Shown one piece after another: positions 13,827 to 24,740 of a DNA stretch of 64,000 nucleotides. How positions within the stretch are numbered: the stretch's first letter is position 1; each line of letters begins with the position of its first letter. This DNA comes from Pristiophorus japonicus (Eukaryota): NCBI RefSeq assembly GCF_044704955.1, contig NC_091990.1:176824001-176888000 (forward strand), in the 5' to 3' direction. The translations under genes were made by a program, and so were the position numbers. The notes under the pieces were generated by a model. It had not been told where the DNA came from. It made no database searches and saw only the letters and a program-made list of their open reading frames with translations.

Positions 13827-15603
13827 TCTATGATTGAATTGAATTCACCCACTCTAATTTACACTTCCTTCTCAGACTTTGATCTGTTAATTTCACAATC
13901 ATTCAATCTGACTGGTTAAGAAGATACACATTTGCTTTCCCTGTTCACTCAGGTCCCAAACATCTGGACCGGAATCTTTACCTTGGAGTTAGGTTGTGTG
14001 CGTGCATGCCGCGTAGCCCAAAAATGTTAACGGCATGTTCTGCAGTGCAAAATTTATTGAATGGCTCCAATTAAAACAGTCATGCGCATTTCTCGGATCA
14101 ATTAAATGGGTCTGATGAAGTCATCGAGCATTCGTTTCCAGTAGATATTTAAAGCTGACTTGCACACTTCACATTTGAAGGTTGATATAGGAGTGCATAA
14201 TTTGGATTCCAGGGGCCTCCATAACGTGATAAAACTGTGGGTCATGGAGACAAAGCAGCGGGCCACGCCAACATTAAACGGTGCCTCCCTCGAAGTTCTA
14301 GTGCTGGCAGTAAAAACACGCAGGGAGGTCCTGTTCACTGGCATTCCCTCTCCCACAGGTCCATCAAGTGCCCCCCCCACCTCCATCCCCCCACTGTCCA
14401 GCCACAGGAGCAAGATGATTCCTCAGAGGGAGCTCCATTCTCTGAGGGTGCACCATTAGCAAACTCAAGTACAGCCAGCACCAGCGCAGATACGCTTGGT
14501 GGGTCCTGTGTGAGATAGTGTAGTGTTGTCACCTGGTCTCTCACATCACGTGAGCAAGAGCAGATGGTGTTGACAGGGACAGCAGTGGAGGCTATGCGCT
14601 GGAGGGCGCAGGATACTCCAAGCTCGGCTGAGCTGCAGCCAGTTGCTTAACCTCAGGGGCCATCGAGAAAGAGAGTGATCTTGGAGGGGCAGCAACAAGT
14701 GCATGAGGCTCTGGCAGCTTTTGCATCCGCAATGTCTGCAAATGTGCAGGGAATGGAGGAGTCCATCTCCAACATGAACACCACCATCTTGCAGGTGGTG
14801 ACGACGATGTGCTGTTCCATGGAAAGGATGGCCATCTGCTTGGACCAGCAAATGCGCCAGTCCAACAAGAACATGCTTCCTGTAGACAACAGATGGCAGA
14901 CGCTCGTAGACCTCATCTGGAGGAGGGATATAAACATAGACTTGGGTGTTCATCGCCCCACTGATGTGCAGCAAGGTGCTCTCCAGCTCCTTGCTAGCAG
15001 GGAAGTGCAGGTGGCTCAAGGGGAAATGATGTTGAAAGGGGACATGGAAGTGGGGACTCTTTTCCCAGCGCTCACACTTCTCCCCTGTTGCCTCTCCTTC
15101 AGTTAGAGCCCCACATGCTTCCTCGGATCCCGATGGCCAAGTCTGCCCCTGGACAGTTGCAGGAGGAGCAGCCTTTGGCGGGCCCACTCAGGCTCCAAAT
15201 CCCAGAGGGCGTCCACTAAAAGTATCGAAGCAATCCTAGCAGGGAAGTGAGCAGCCTGCAACTATCTCTGCTGAAGGCACAAGAGTTGTACCTTGTAGAA
15301 GCACAGGGAAAAGAAAATAGATACAATCACAGATGCACAAGTGTATGCACATGGGTGTATGAACAAATGTTAGTGATAAGTTTGTTATATTTATGACACA
15401 GATACATTTATTTCTTTGCACCACTTTCCGGTCTTGTCCATTTTTGCCTGTGACCTGGGAAATGGCCTTGTCACTGGGAGTGAATGATTAGACATTACTT
15501 AACATCGAGCAATGGCGGTTTGGGTGAGAGGAATAGCTTGGTAATTGTAGGGCTGCTTTACAGTGTTGTTGTGGTGGGGTGGGAGACTTAATATAGCAGT
15601 ATA

Positions 15604-16497
15604 GAGAGTTGGGATAAATGGTTCATTCTTGTGTTGACAATCAGTAACTAGTGGGGTGCCTCAGGGATCAGACCCCAACTATTACAATCTATATTAACGA
15701 TTTGGAAGAAGTGACCGAGTGTAACGTAGCCAAGTTTGCTGCCAAACAAAGATAGGAGGGAAAGCAATGTGTGAGGAGGACACAAAAAATCTGCAAAAGG
15801 ACATAAGACAGGCTAAGTGAGTGGGCAAAAATTTGGCAGATGGAGTATAATTTTGGAAAGTGTGAGGTCATGCACTTTGGCAGAAAAAAATCAAAGAGCA
15901 AGTTATTATTTAAATGGAGAAAATTTGCAAAGTGCCCACACCTGGAATACTGTGTACAGTTTTGGTTTCCATATTTACGAAAGGATATACTTGCTTTGCA
16001 GGCAGTTCAAAGAAGGTTCACTAGGTTGATTCCGGAGATGAGAGGATTGACTGATGAGGAAAGGTTGAGGAGGTTGGGCCTCTACTCATTGGAATTTGGA
16101 AGAGTGAGAGGTGATCTTATCGAAACATGTAAGATTACGAGGGAGCTTGACAGCGTGGATGCAGAGAGGAAGTTTCCTCTGATAGGGAAGACTAGAACTA
16201 GGGGGCATAATCTTAGAATAAGGGGCCGCCCATTTAAAACGGAGGTGAGGAGGAATTTCTTCTCTCAGATGGTTGTAAATCTGTGGAATTCGCTGCCTCA
16301 GAGAGCTGTGGAAGCCAGGACACTGAATACATTTAAGACAGAGATAGACAGCTGCTTAACTGATAAGGGATTAAGGGGTTATGAGGAGCGGGCAGGGAAG
16401 TGGAGCTGAGTCCATGATCAGATTAGCCATGATCGTATTGAATGGCGGAGCAGGCTTGAGGGGCCGTGAGCCTGCTCCTATTTCTTATGTTCTTATG
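15604..16497 (+). mobile_element. CR1 3' fragment nested in the Harbinger
   Basis: RT C-terminus (LEYCVQFW) with internal deletion; (TTCTTATG)n tail. Confidence 0.85.
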
Positions 16498-16504
16498 CGG
16501 CAGT

Positions 16505-17193
16505 CATAGAAACATAGAAACATAGAAAATAGGTGCAGGAGTAGGCCATTCGGCCCTTCTAGCCTGCACCGCCATTCAATGAGTTCATGGCTGAACATGC
16601 AACTTCAGTACCACATTCCTGCTTTCTCGCCATACCCCTTGATCCCCCTACTAGTAAGGACTACATCTAACTCCTTTTTGAATATATTTAGTGAATTGGC
16701 CTCAACCACTTTCTGTGGTAGAGAATTCCACAGGTTCACCACTCTCTGGGTGAAGAAGTTCCTCCTCATCTCGGTCCTAAATGGCTTACCCCTTATCCTT
16801 AGACTGTGTACCCTGGTTCTGGACTTCCCCAACATTGGGAACATTCTTCCTGCATCCAACCTGTCTAACCCCTTCAGAATCTTAAACGTTTCTATGAGGT
16901 CCCCTCTCATTCTTCTGAACTCCAGTGAATACAAGCCCAGTTGATCCAGTCTTTCTTGATAGGTCAGTCCCGCCATCCCGGGAATCAGTCTGGTGAACCT
17001 ACGCTGCACTCCCTCAATAGCAAGAATGTCCTTCCTCAGGTTAGGAGACCAAAACTGTACACAATACTCCAGGTGTGGCCTCACCAAGGCCCTGTACAAC
17101 TGTAGCAACACGTCCCTGCCCCTGTACTCAAATCCTCTCGCTATGAAGGCCAACATGCCATTTGCTTTCTTAACCGCCTGCTGTACCTGCATG
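16505..17193 (-). mobile_element. young CR1 3' fragment nested in the Harbinger
   Basis: Close reverse-complement match to about 13140-13825; (CATAGAAA)n tail at the left. Confidence 0.9.
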
Positions 17194-17199
17194 GGTGCA

Positions 17200-18390
17200 T
17201 TAGAGAAAGTTAAGTAAATCTGGCCATGATGAGGCCATCCTTGGCCTCCCGTGTAGCAATGTGTGTCGCTGCTGGTGCCATCTCCACCTTCGGTTCCACC
17301 TCCTGCTCGTCTTCCACCTGTTCCTCTTTCTCCTCCGAAGAGGCTGTGCACCTTGCTCATCCTGCAGCTCCAATCCTCGCTGTTGGGCTATGTTTTGTAG
17401 CATACATCATACAATGATGATTCTGGAGACCCTGTCTGGTGTGTACTGAAGGGCTCCTCCAGATCTGTCAAGGCATCTGAAGTGCATCTTCAGCATGCCA
17501 ATTGTTTGCTCTATGACACATCTGGTGGACATGTAGCTGTCATTATAGCGCTCCTCGGCCTCAGTATTTGGCATCCTGAAGGATGGCATGAGCCACGTCT
17601 TCAGTGGATAGTCCTAGTCTCAGCGCCTCTGTTTGGAGGTGCGAAGAGCTGAGGGAGGACGTATTGACGCAGCATGAAAGATGCATTACAGCTGCCAGGG
17701 AATCTGGTGCACACATGCATGATAATCTTTTTATGGTTATCGATGAGCTGCACATTGAGGGAGTGGAAGCCCTTGTGGTTCACAAACACTCCTGGGTGAT
17801 GATGGGGTGCCTTGATGACCACAGGTGTGCAGGCCATGATGCCCTGCACCTGTGGGAAGCCAACCAGAGCCGCAAAGCTGAGCGCCGGCTCAGTAACATT
17901 GGCTTCATTAGTAGCAAAGTTGACATAATTCTGACATGTCAAACATGGCATCGGTTACCTGGGTGATGCACCTATAGGCGGCCGACTACGAGATGCTGCA
18001 AATGTCTGCTGCAGATCCCTGGAAGGAGCCTGAGGCGAAGAGATTGAGGGCAGTGGTGACTTTGACAGCTGCTGGTAACTCGTGTCCACCAGGTCCTCTG
18101 GGCAGCAGGTCTTGTTCCAGCAAGCTACACATGTCTGCGATGATCTGGCACGATAGTCTGAGCGTCTTGAAGCACTGTTGTTCAGTCATGTCCAGGAAGC
18201 TCATCCTCTGCTTGTATACCCTGTGTTGGGGGTATCGCCATCAGCATGGTGCAGCCCTGTGGCGACCTCCTCTCTCTTGTGGAGCATCAGGTCATTGTGG
18301 AGAAGGCTGCTGTTGTGGCTGCTGTTGGTGGTGGAGTCACCTTGGTCCAGTTCTGAAGTCCAAGGTGAGACAGCATAAGTGGCAGCCATG
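17200..18390 (-). pseudogene. Harbinger (HARBI1-like) DDE transposase pseudogene
   Basis: Fragments [40 protein letters not shown] and [19 protein letters not shown] lie in different frames. Confidence 0.85.
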
Positions 18391-19139
18391 CTGATGTACT
18401 AGATGACAGGTAAAGTGGAGATCAGAGGCCCAATCTCTCAATGTTGTGATAGTGACTAGCAATGTGGTGAGAGTGGCTTCAGAGGTTGCAGAAATGACGT
18501 GCAAATGCCTGCCAACTAAATCTCTGCACAAAATGCGGTCAGCAAGAGCCTTTCCATTAGTCAAGTAATGAGGTGTAATGTCAGAGCATTTATGTATTTT
18601 TCTCAGCTGTCAATTAATGGACTTGCACAAAGGCCATTGTTTTTCTGCCTCCACTTCACAGGCAAGGTTCCTGAGGTGCATGAATCACGTGCTCAGGAAG
18701 TTAAAGTCAAAACTTGCTGTTAAAAAGCCTTTTTAGGGTCACTCAACAAGCATTTAAGTACTTCAATGAGGTCACCTGCCTCTGCCGAGCAGATCCGTGG
18801 CGCATTGGGAAACACGCCCGAATTAAATGCGGAAGTCAGCGGGATGATGGTGGGTTCCCGACATGCTGGCAATTTTTACTGCTGACCCATCCCAAACCTG
18901 CACGCTCGGGACCGGGAAAATTCCGGCCGTGGTTTCCCTCGCTGTGATGTCACCAACCCGCACTTCCAGCAACTTGCCACGCAAAAATGTAAAAACATAA
19001 TCATACATGGGCAAGTCTGACTAACTGCAGATGCCGTTAGATGTCCTGCCACAGCAAGTTATGGCCCGACATGTTTTTATAAGAAATGCTCAGAAAAAAT
19101 TTGTAATAGTCATACACTGGTCAGAACTTGGTTACTTAC

Positions 19140-19451
19140 CCAGTTTACTGAGTACCCAGTCAGTTTCCATTGGCTCGGTTAGGCTCTCATGTTCTACTTG
19201 GCATGTGTATTTCTTCTTAACATCAGCTCTGGTAGGTACAATCTTCACACTACTGGTCAAGTAATAGAGGTTATCATTTCCCAATGTTGTCTCACTAACT
19301 TCGGATGCTTCTGTCATTTTCTCACCATTTTTGAGCCACGTAACTGTGATTTCTTCGGGGTAAAAGGAACGTATTGGACATTTTAAAGTCAAGACCTCTC
19401 CTGCAACTGGTTTTTCTTCTTCATACGTTATCGTGTCCAGTTTTGGAGTGG
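19140..19451 (-). CDS. exon 7, third post-TM C1 domain
   Basis: ttttcag|CC ACT acceptor and CTG G|GTAAGT donor; 312 nt. LKCPIRSFYPEEITVTWLKNG..YTCQVEHESL is a canonical C1-set pattern. Confidence 0.9.
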
Positions 19452-19940
19452 CTGAAAAAAAAAACACACACAAAAGAAAATTACCGCAGGCTTATATACA
19501 AGCAGGTTAGAGATATTGTGGGCTAGATTCTTTGTCTATCCACAGCCAATGACCAGAAAATATAATCCGTTGTGTTCTGAAAATTCTGAAATAAGACCCA
19601 AGTATAAAATAAAAAATTGCACAATAACCTAATTTAAATCAATGACTCCAGGGCAATCAGCTAATAGGTTTCCCTATTAAATGTTTGAGTTCTGAATATT
19701 CTTGGATCTGTTCCGAATCCTTCCTTTGTAAAAATAGCACTTTCTTTAAAGAGTAATCAGGGAAATACGGCACTCAGGACACTTCACTTTTATCAGGATT
19801 TGCCAAATACAATTATCAATTCTGTTGCATTACAAAAAACAAGGAAACAGTATCTGGAAACAAAACATAATCCCATTGTTCTATACAAGGTAAATGCTGG
19901 AAATTTCAGCAGGTCAAGCAGCATCTGTGGAGAGAAACAG

Positions 19941-19977
19941 AGTCAACGTTTCAGGTCTGTGACCCTTCGTCAGAACT
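19941..19977 (-). ncRNA. minimal type-I hammerhead ribozyme motif (Penelope terminal segment)
   Basis: Minus strand AGUU-CUGACGA-AGGGUC aca GACCU-GAAA-CG-U-U-GACU: core boxes, stem II, palindromic AACGUU stem III and a short stem I. Confidence 0.7.
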
Positions 19978-20549
19978 AGAGACGTTTGAGATGCAACAGA
20001 TTCTTAAAGAAGTGCAGGGGCAGTGAAAGGGGGAAGTGGAGGAAAGAACAAAAGGAAAAATCTGTGATAGGGTGGAAGGCAGAAGAGATTAAGAGACAAA
20101 AGGGATGATGGGCAACAGTGAGATGGTGATAGAACAAATTAAGAGACAAAAGATGAGTCTAGATGGGGTGTGGAAGGTAGAATCATCACCAACTGCCATG
20201 GGAAAGAGAAAAAAAGGGGGGAGGGTGGGACCCAACTATTTGTACTAACAAAATGGCCGCCGTTTTGCTGATTACCACATGACCTACTGCTGATTGATCC
20301 CCTTGGAGGATAAGCTATACCCTGAAGTTTCTCTGGAATGTGTAAATGGAACCGCCCAGCCTCAGATCTGACTGACATTGCAAAGTGTAATATGATTTAC
20401 TCTGACTTCAGAAGTCAGAGAGGACACATCTCAAACAATCCAGCAAAAGCCACCAAGTTCCAGCTGAAGTCCCTTTCCCCAGCGCAAGTGCATCCCTTCC
20501 CCAGCCAAGGTCCCTTTCCCCAGCGCAAGTGCTGCCACCCCCCCCCCCC

Positions 20550-20698
20550 GCCAGCCAAAGTCCCTTACCCCAGCGTAACGTGCTGCCTACCACAGCTAAA
20601 GTCCCTTACCCAAGCACCCCCCCCCCCCCGCCAGCCAAAGTCCCTTACCCCAGCGTAACGTGCTGCCTACCACAGCTAAAGTCCCTTACCCAAGCACC
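20550..20698. repeat. 80-bp tandem duplication inside the Penelope element
   Basis: gccagccaaagtcccttaccccagcgtaacg...caagcacc begins at both 20550 and 20630; the shorter subunit aagtccctt(t/a)ccc also recurs upstream. Confidence 0.85.
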
Positions 20699-21775
20699 GC
20701 GCCCCCCACCTCCCCCAAAAAAGTGAATAAGTGAATAGTGACAGTGTCGTGACTTTTAGATTTTATCCATTCCAACAATGTCCCTTGTCACACATGCACA
20801 GAGCTTTCTGAGAAATCGGATATGGGTGTAAAGTGGGGGGGGGGGATTGGAAGAACGTGATCTGACTTCCCCGAGTTCCCTCTCTCCCCTCCGATCCCCG
20901 CCACCTGTGTCTCTCTCCCTCCCCCCCCTCCCCCAGGCTCTCTCTCTCTTCCCCCTCTCCTGCAAGGTAGAGGTTGGTTCGCCAAACAACAACAGTGCCA
21001 CCCTTGTCAGCAGGCTTAATGACAATGTTGCCGTTGGATCTGAGAGCGAAGAGCTGCAAGTTGAGAGGGAGGTGGATTGGAGTGAGTGAGTGAGAGGAAC
21101 AGAGACATTGAGATGGCCGATGTCCCTGCTCTTTTATCTCCTCCCTTTCCACTGCCCAGGGCCCCAAATACTCCTTCCAAGTGAAACAGCGATTTACTTG
21201 TACGTCTTTTAATTTAGTATACTGTATTCGCTGCTCATGATGTGGTCTCCTATACATTGGGGAGACCAAATGCAGATTGGGTAACCGCTTTGCAGAACAT
21301 CTCTGTTCAGTCCATAAGCGTGACTCCGAGCTTCCAATCACCTGTCACTTTAATTCTCCGCTCCACTCCCACTCTGACCTCTCCGTCCTCGGCCTCCTGC
21401 ACTGTTCCAATGAAGCTCAACGCAAGCTCGAGGAACAGCACCTCATCTTTTGTTTAGGCACTTTACAGCCTTCTGGACTCAACATCGAGTTCAACAATTT
21501 CAGATTCTAACCTCTGTTCATCTTTTTTCTCCTCTTTTTTTCTCCTCTTTCCTATGGCAGCTGGTGATGATTCCGCCATTCACACCCCACCTAGGCTCAT
21601 CTTTTGTCTCTTAACTTGTTCCATTACCATCTCATTTTTGCCCATCATCCCTTTTGTCTCTTAATCTCTTCTGCCTTCCACCCGATCTCAGACCTTCCCT
21701 TTTGTTCTTTCCTCCCCTCCCCCTTTCACTGCCTCTGCACTTCCTTAAGAATATGTTACAACTCAAACATTTTCC

Positions 21776-21812
21776 AGTTCTGATGAAGGGCCACAGATCT
21801 GAAACGTTGACT
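21776..21812 (+). ncRNA. minimal hammerhead ribozyme motif, second copy
   Basis: AGTT-CTGATGA-AGGGCCACAGATCT-GAAA-CGTT-GACT; stem II is weakened by substitutions. Confidence 0.6.
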
Positions 21813-21942
21813 CTGTTTCTCTCCACAGATGCTGCGTGACCTGCTGAGATTTCCAGCATTTTCTGTTTTTATTCCAGATTCCAGCATCTGCAGTATTTTG
21901 CTTTTTTGTTCTATACAAGGTATTGTCAAAAATATTACATAC

Positions 21943-22323
21943 CTCTAATCTTTAGAATTACTTCTTCCTCTTGGTCACTGCCAGTGCACTCGTGCTGCAC
22001 CTTACAGATGTACTTTGTGTCCTGGTCTTGCAGCAAATCTAGCACAATAACTAGTACACTGGTGATGTTGTATGTTTTGTCATCATACTCAGTCTCACTT
22101 ATGTAGTGTTTATACTTGGACTTCTTCCCTTTGTCTCCAGCAAAGATTGTTCCCTGGCTCTGATCCAGTCGAATGATTTCTTCCAATTCATTATTCTTTC
22201 TGATTCGTTGCCATATGATAATTAATGGTCTTGGTTTAAAACCACTGATTGGACAAGTCAAGGCCACAACCTCATTATGATTGGTGTGAGGTGGCACCAC
22301 AATTTTTGAAATCTTCGGTGGCA
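21943..22323 (-). CDS. exon 6, second post-TM C1 domain
   Basis: cccaaag|TG CCA acceptor and AGA G|GTATGT donor; 381 nt. LTCPISGFKP..W..YICKVQH retains both Cys. Confidence 0.88.
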
Positions 22324-22572
22324 CTTTGGGAAAGAAAAACAAAACAAAGAAATCACCTATTTAAACTGAAATATTTTCACGAGTTACTAAGAGCAAGAAA
22401 ATATTATCTTGCTGTGAATTTTCTATGATTTAGAATCTACAGATGGCAGAACTGCATTGTCATTATTAACCACATGAATGTCACTTCAATGTACAAATAC
22501 ACAAGTTAACAAAAAAGAATAGAATCACATAGCATAAATATTAAGGATTAAATGCAAATGTCCATGATTTAC

Positions 22573-23013
22573 CTCCTTTAATATCCAGTTTTACAGATTC
22601 CTTAATGGGTGACGCAAGAGTTTCATGTTTAACTTCAATAGTTAATTCAGCGCCATTATCGTTGTATACATTAGGATACATTTTGATATTGCACTTTAAG
22701 TTGAAAGTCCCATTACTGTTAATTTCATATTCTGGTTCCAAAGACTTAAAGAGTTCATCTGGTTTATAATCTTCCATAAGTAGCGTCACTTCTTCTAGTT
22801 TTCCATTGTGCTTTGCTCCTTCTTGGTTCTTTGTGATCATGTTCTGACTATTCCAGCTACAAATTTTATTTGTGTTTTGATCCTCCTTCCTCTTTAAGAA
22901 TAAATCAATTCCAATCTCCTTAGGTCTAAATCCAGTAATTTGGCAATGGATGATGCTTTCCTCTAAATGGCGAATGTTTGGAGATACGCTGACGTCAGTA
23001 ATTTTTGGAGTAG
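22573..23013 (-). CDS. exon 5, first post-TM C1-like domain with long internal insert
   Basis: gattag|CT ACT acceptor and GGA G|GTAAAT donor; 441 nt open frame (longer than the ORF track shows). ATPKITDVSV..IHCQITGFRP..NSNGTFNLKC..ELTIEVKHETL; core Trp and F-strand Cys are absent. Confidence 0.85.
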
Positions 23014-23977
23014 CTAATCAAAACAAAAGTAAATTAAAACTTGACAATCGAAATGTTCTCATTGCTTTACTCTGCTTTATTTTCTTGCTAGGATTACAGG
23101 TGTATATACAAGACGTGATATTGTGCATGTATACACAGGCAGGAGTTTCCGTAAGGTTGAGCTGTTTTTTTCCAGCACCATTCATCTGACCAGTGCAAAT
23201 TACATCCAATGCAAATCTAGTTTCCTTTATCTTTTGCATTGGTTTAAAAACATTGTACTAGAAACTGCCCCCGCCCACAAAACTGGCCACACCCCCAGAT
23301 TGAATTAATAACCATTGCAAGTTTCCCCTAATTGCACTCGTTTGCAGGTCTTCAAGGTGGCTCTTAAAATTAAGCATTTTTTTTTACGAGCAAGGACACT
23401 AATTGGCATGTTTTTAAAGCTTTTGAATATAATTTCTTTTTAATTTACTAAGAAACTGACTACTGTACACCAATATAACTAGCAAATGGTTTTGTATAGT
23501 TTTGAAAAGTAATTTTGAGTTATTTAAAATTGGGTTTTTAAAAAGGTGATGTCCTAGAGATTCCGATTAAAAATGCTTATTTTTTGTGATAAAACCATTT
23601 TCAGTTGTATTAAGCAAACTGCACCAAGTTACCACTCTTAAATATATCAAGGAATATTTTTTAAAGCAAAGTTTAAAAAAAAATTACATTCCAAAACGCT
23701 GCCCTATGGCAGATTTTACATTTGGCGATATGCAAATGAGTTTGACCAGAAATGAGAGAAAAAATACACTTCTCAAAACTACTGGAATTTTAGGCACAAT
23801 TTGCACCTGGATTCCAATTGCGCCCAAAGCAGAAACTCCAGGCCAGGTTCTCTATCTAACACCATTATGGGAGCACAATCACCTCATTTGGGGAAAACAT
23901 GCAATAAGCAGCCAAAGAATTACAAGAACACACATAGTTATTGCACAATAAAAGGGTTTCACCAGTTAATACATTAC

Positions 23978-24091
23978 CTTTTTTTAAATATTTGAAATAA
24001 AGTACTGCAGCACCAAGCAATAGTGCACATAACAGCAATGTAACACATATACTTGCAGCAATCGCACGTGTTGAAGAAAGTTTCACAGGCT
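23978..24091 (-). CDS. exon 4, transmembrane segment
   Basis: tttcag|AG CCT acceptor and AAA G|GTAATG donor; 114 nt. EPVKLSSTRAIAASICVTLLLCALLLGAAVLYFKYLKK is a hydrophobic span followed by basic stop-transfer residues. Confidence 0.85.
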
Positions 24092-24256
24092 CTGAAATTT
24101 CAAACATAAATACATAAGCATTAAGACAAAAACCACGCAACAAGAAATAAATTGTCTCACTAATAGAGTTTGTTATGGCACTCCTCCATTTCTGTAAATT
24201 ATAAATGAACATACTTAAAACACCATAAAGTATTGAAAGAATTTGAAACTACAGAC

Positions 24257-24740
24257 ATAGAACATAAGAAATAGGAGCAGGAATAAGTCATTTGGCCCCT
24301 CGAGCCTGCTCTGCCATTTAGTAAGATCATGGCTGATCTGATCATGGACTCAGCTCCACTCCCCACAACCCTTTATTCCCTTATCGCTCAAAAATCTGTC
24401 TATCTCCGCCTTAAATATATTCAATGACCCAGCCTCCACAGCTCTCTGGGGCAGAGAATTCCATAGATTTACAGCCCTCAAGAGAAGAAATTTCTTCTCA
24501 TCTCAGTTTTAAATGGGCAGCCCCTTATTCTGAGATTCTGCCGTCTAGTTTTAGTTTCCTCCACGAGTGAAAATATCCCATCTGCATTCACCTTGTCGAG
24601 CCCCCTCATTATCTTATATGTTTTGATAAGATCACCTCTCATTTTTCTGAACTCCAATGAGTATAGGCCCAACCTATCTTCATAAGTCAATCCTCTCATC
24701 TCCGGAATCAACCTAGTGAACCTTCTCTGAACAGCCTCTG
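24257..24740 (-). mobile_element. CR1 3' fragment
   Basis: GLYSLEFRKMRGDLI and an acataagaa tail. Confidence 0.85.

Larger units (their letters stand above)
13966..18929. mobile_element. decayed autonomous-type PIF/Harbinger DNA transposon with two convergent genes
   Basis: Myb/SANT-like ORF remnants on + from 14245 (SLEVLVLAVKTRREVLF) and transposase remnants on - at 17200-18390; imperfect TIRs GGACCGGAATCTTT / GAAAATTCCGGCCG (10/14). Ends uncertain. Confidence 0.7.
19893..21905 (+). mobile_element. Penelope-like element with inverted terminal segments
   Basis: GIY-YIG endonuclease (YIGET..RFAEH..HF..GLN, stop 21510) on +; RT fragment (IVIKPADKGG) on - near 20960-21060; about 310-bp inverted repeats at 19893-20202 and 21552-21860; perfect 17-bp TSD TTGTTCTATACAAGGTA at 19876-19892 and 21906-21922. 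Confidence 0.88.

Noticed and set aside
17200-18390. Domesticated host HARBI1 gene
   Set aside because: Multiple frameshifts and stops, altered catalytic motifs, and it is paired with a Myb-like ORF and TIRs as in a transposon.
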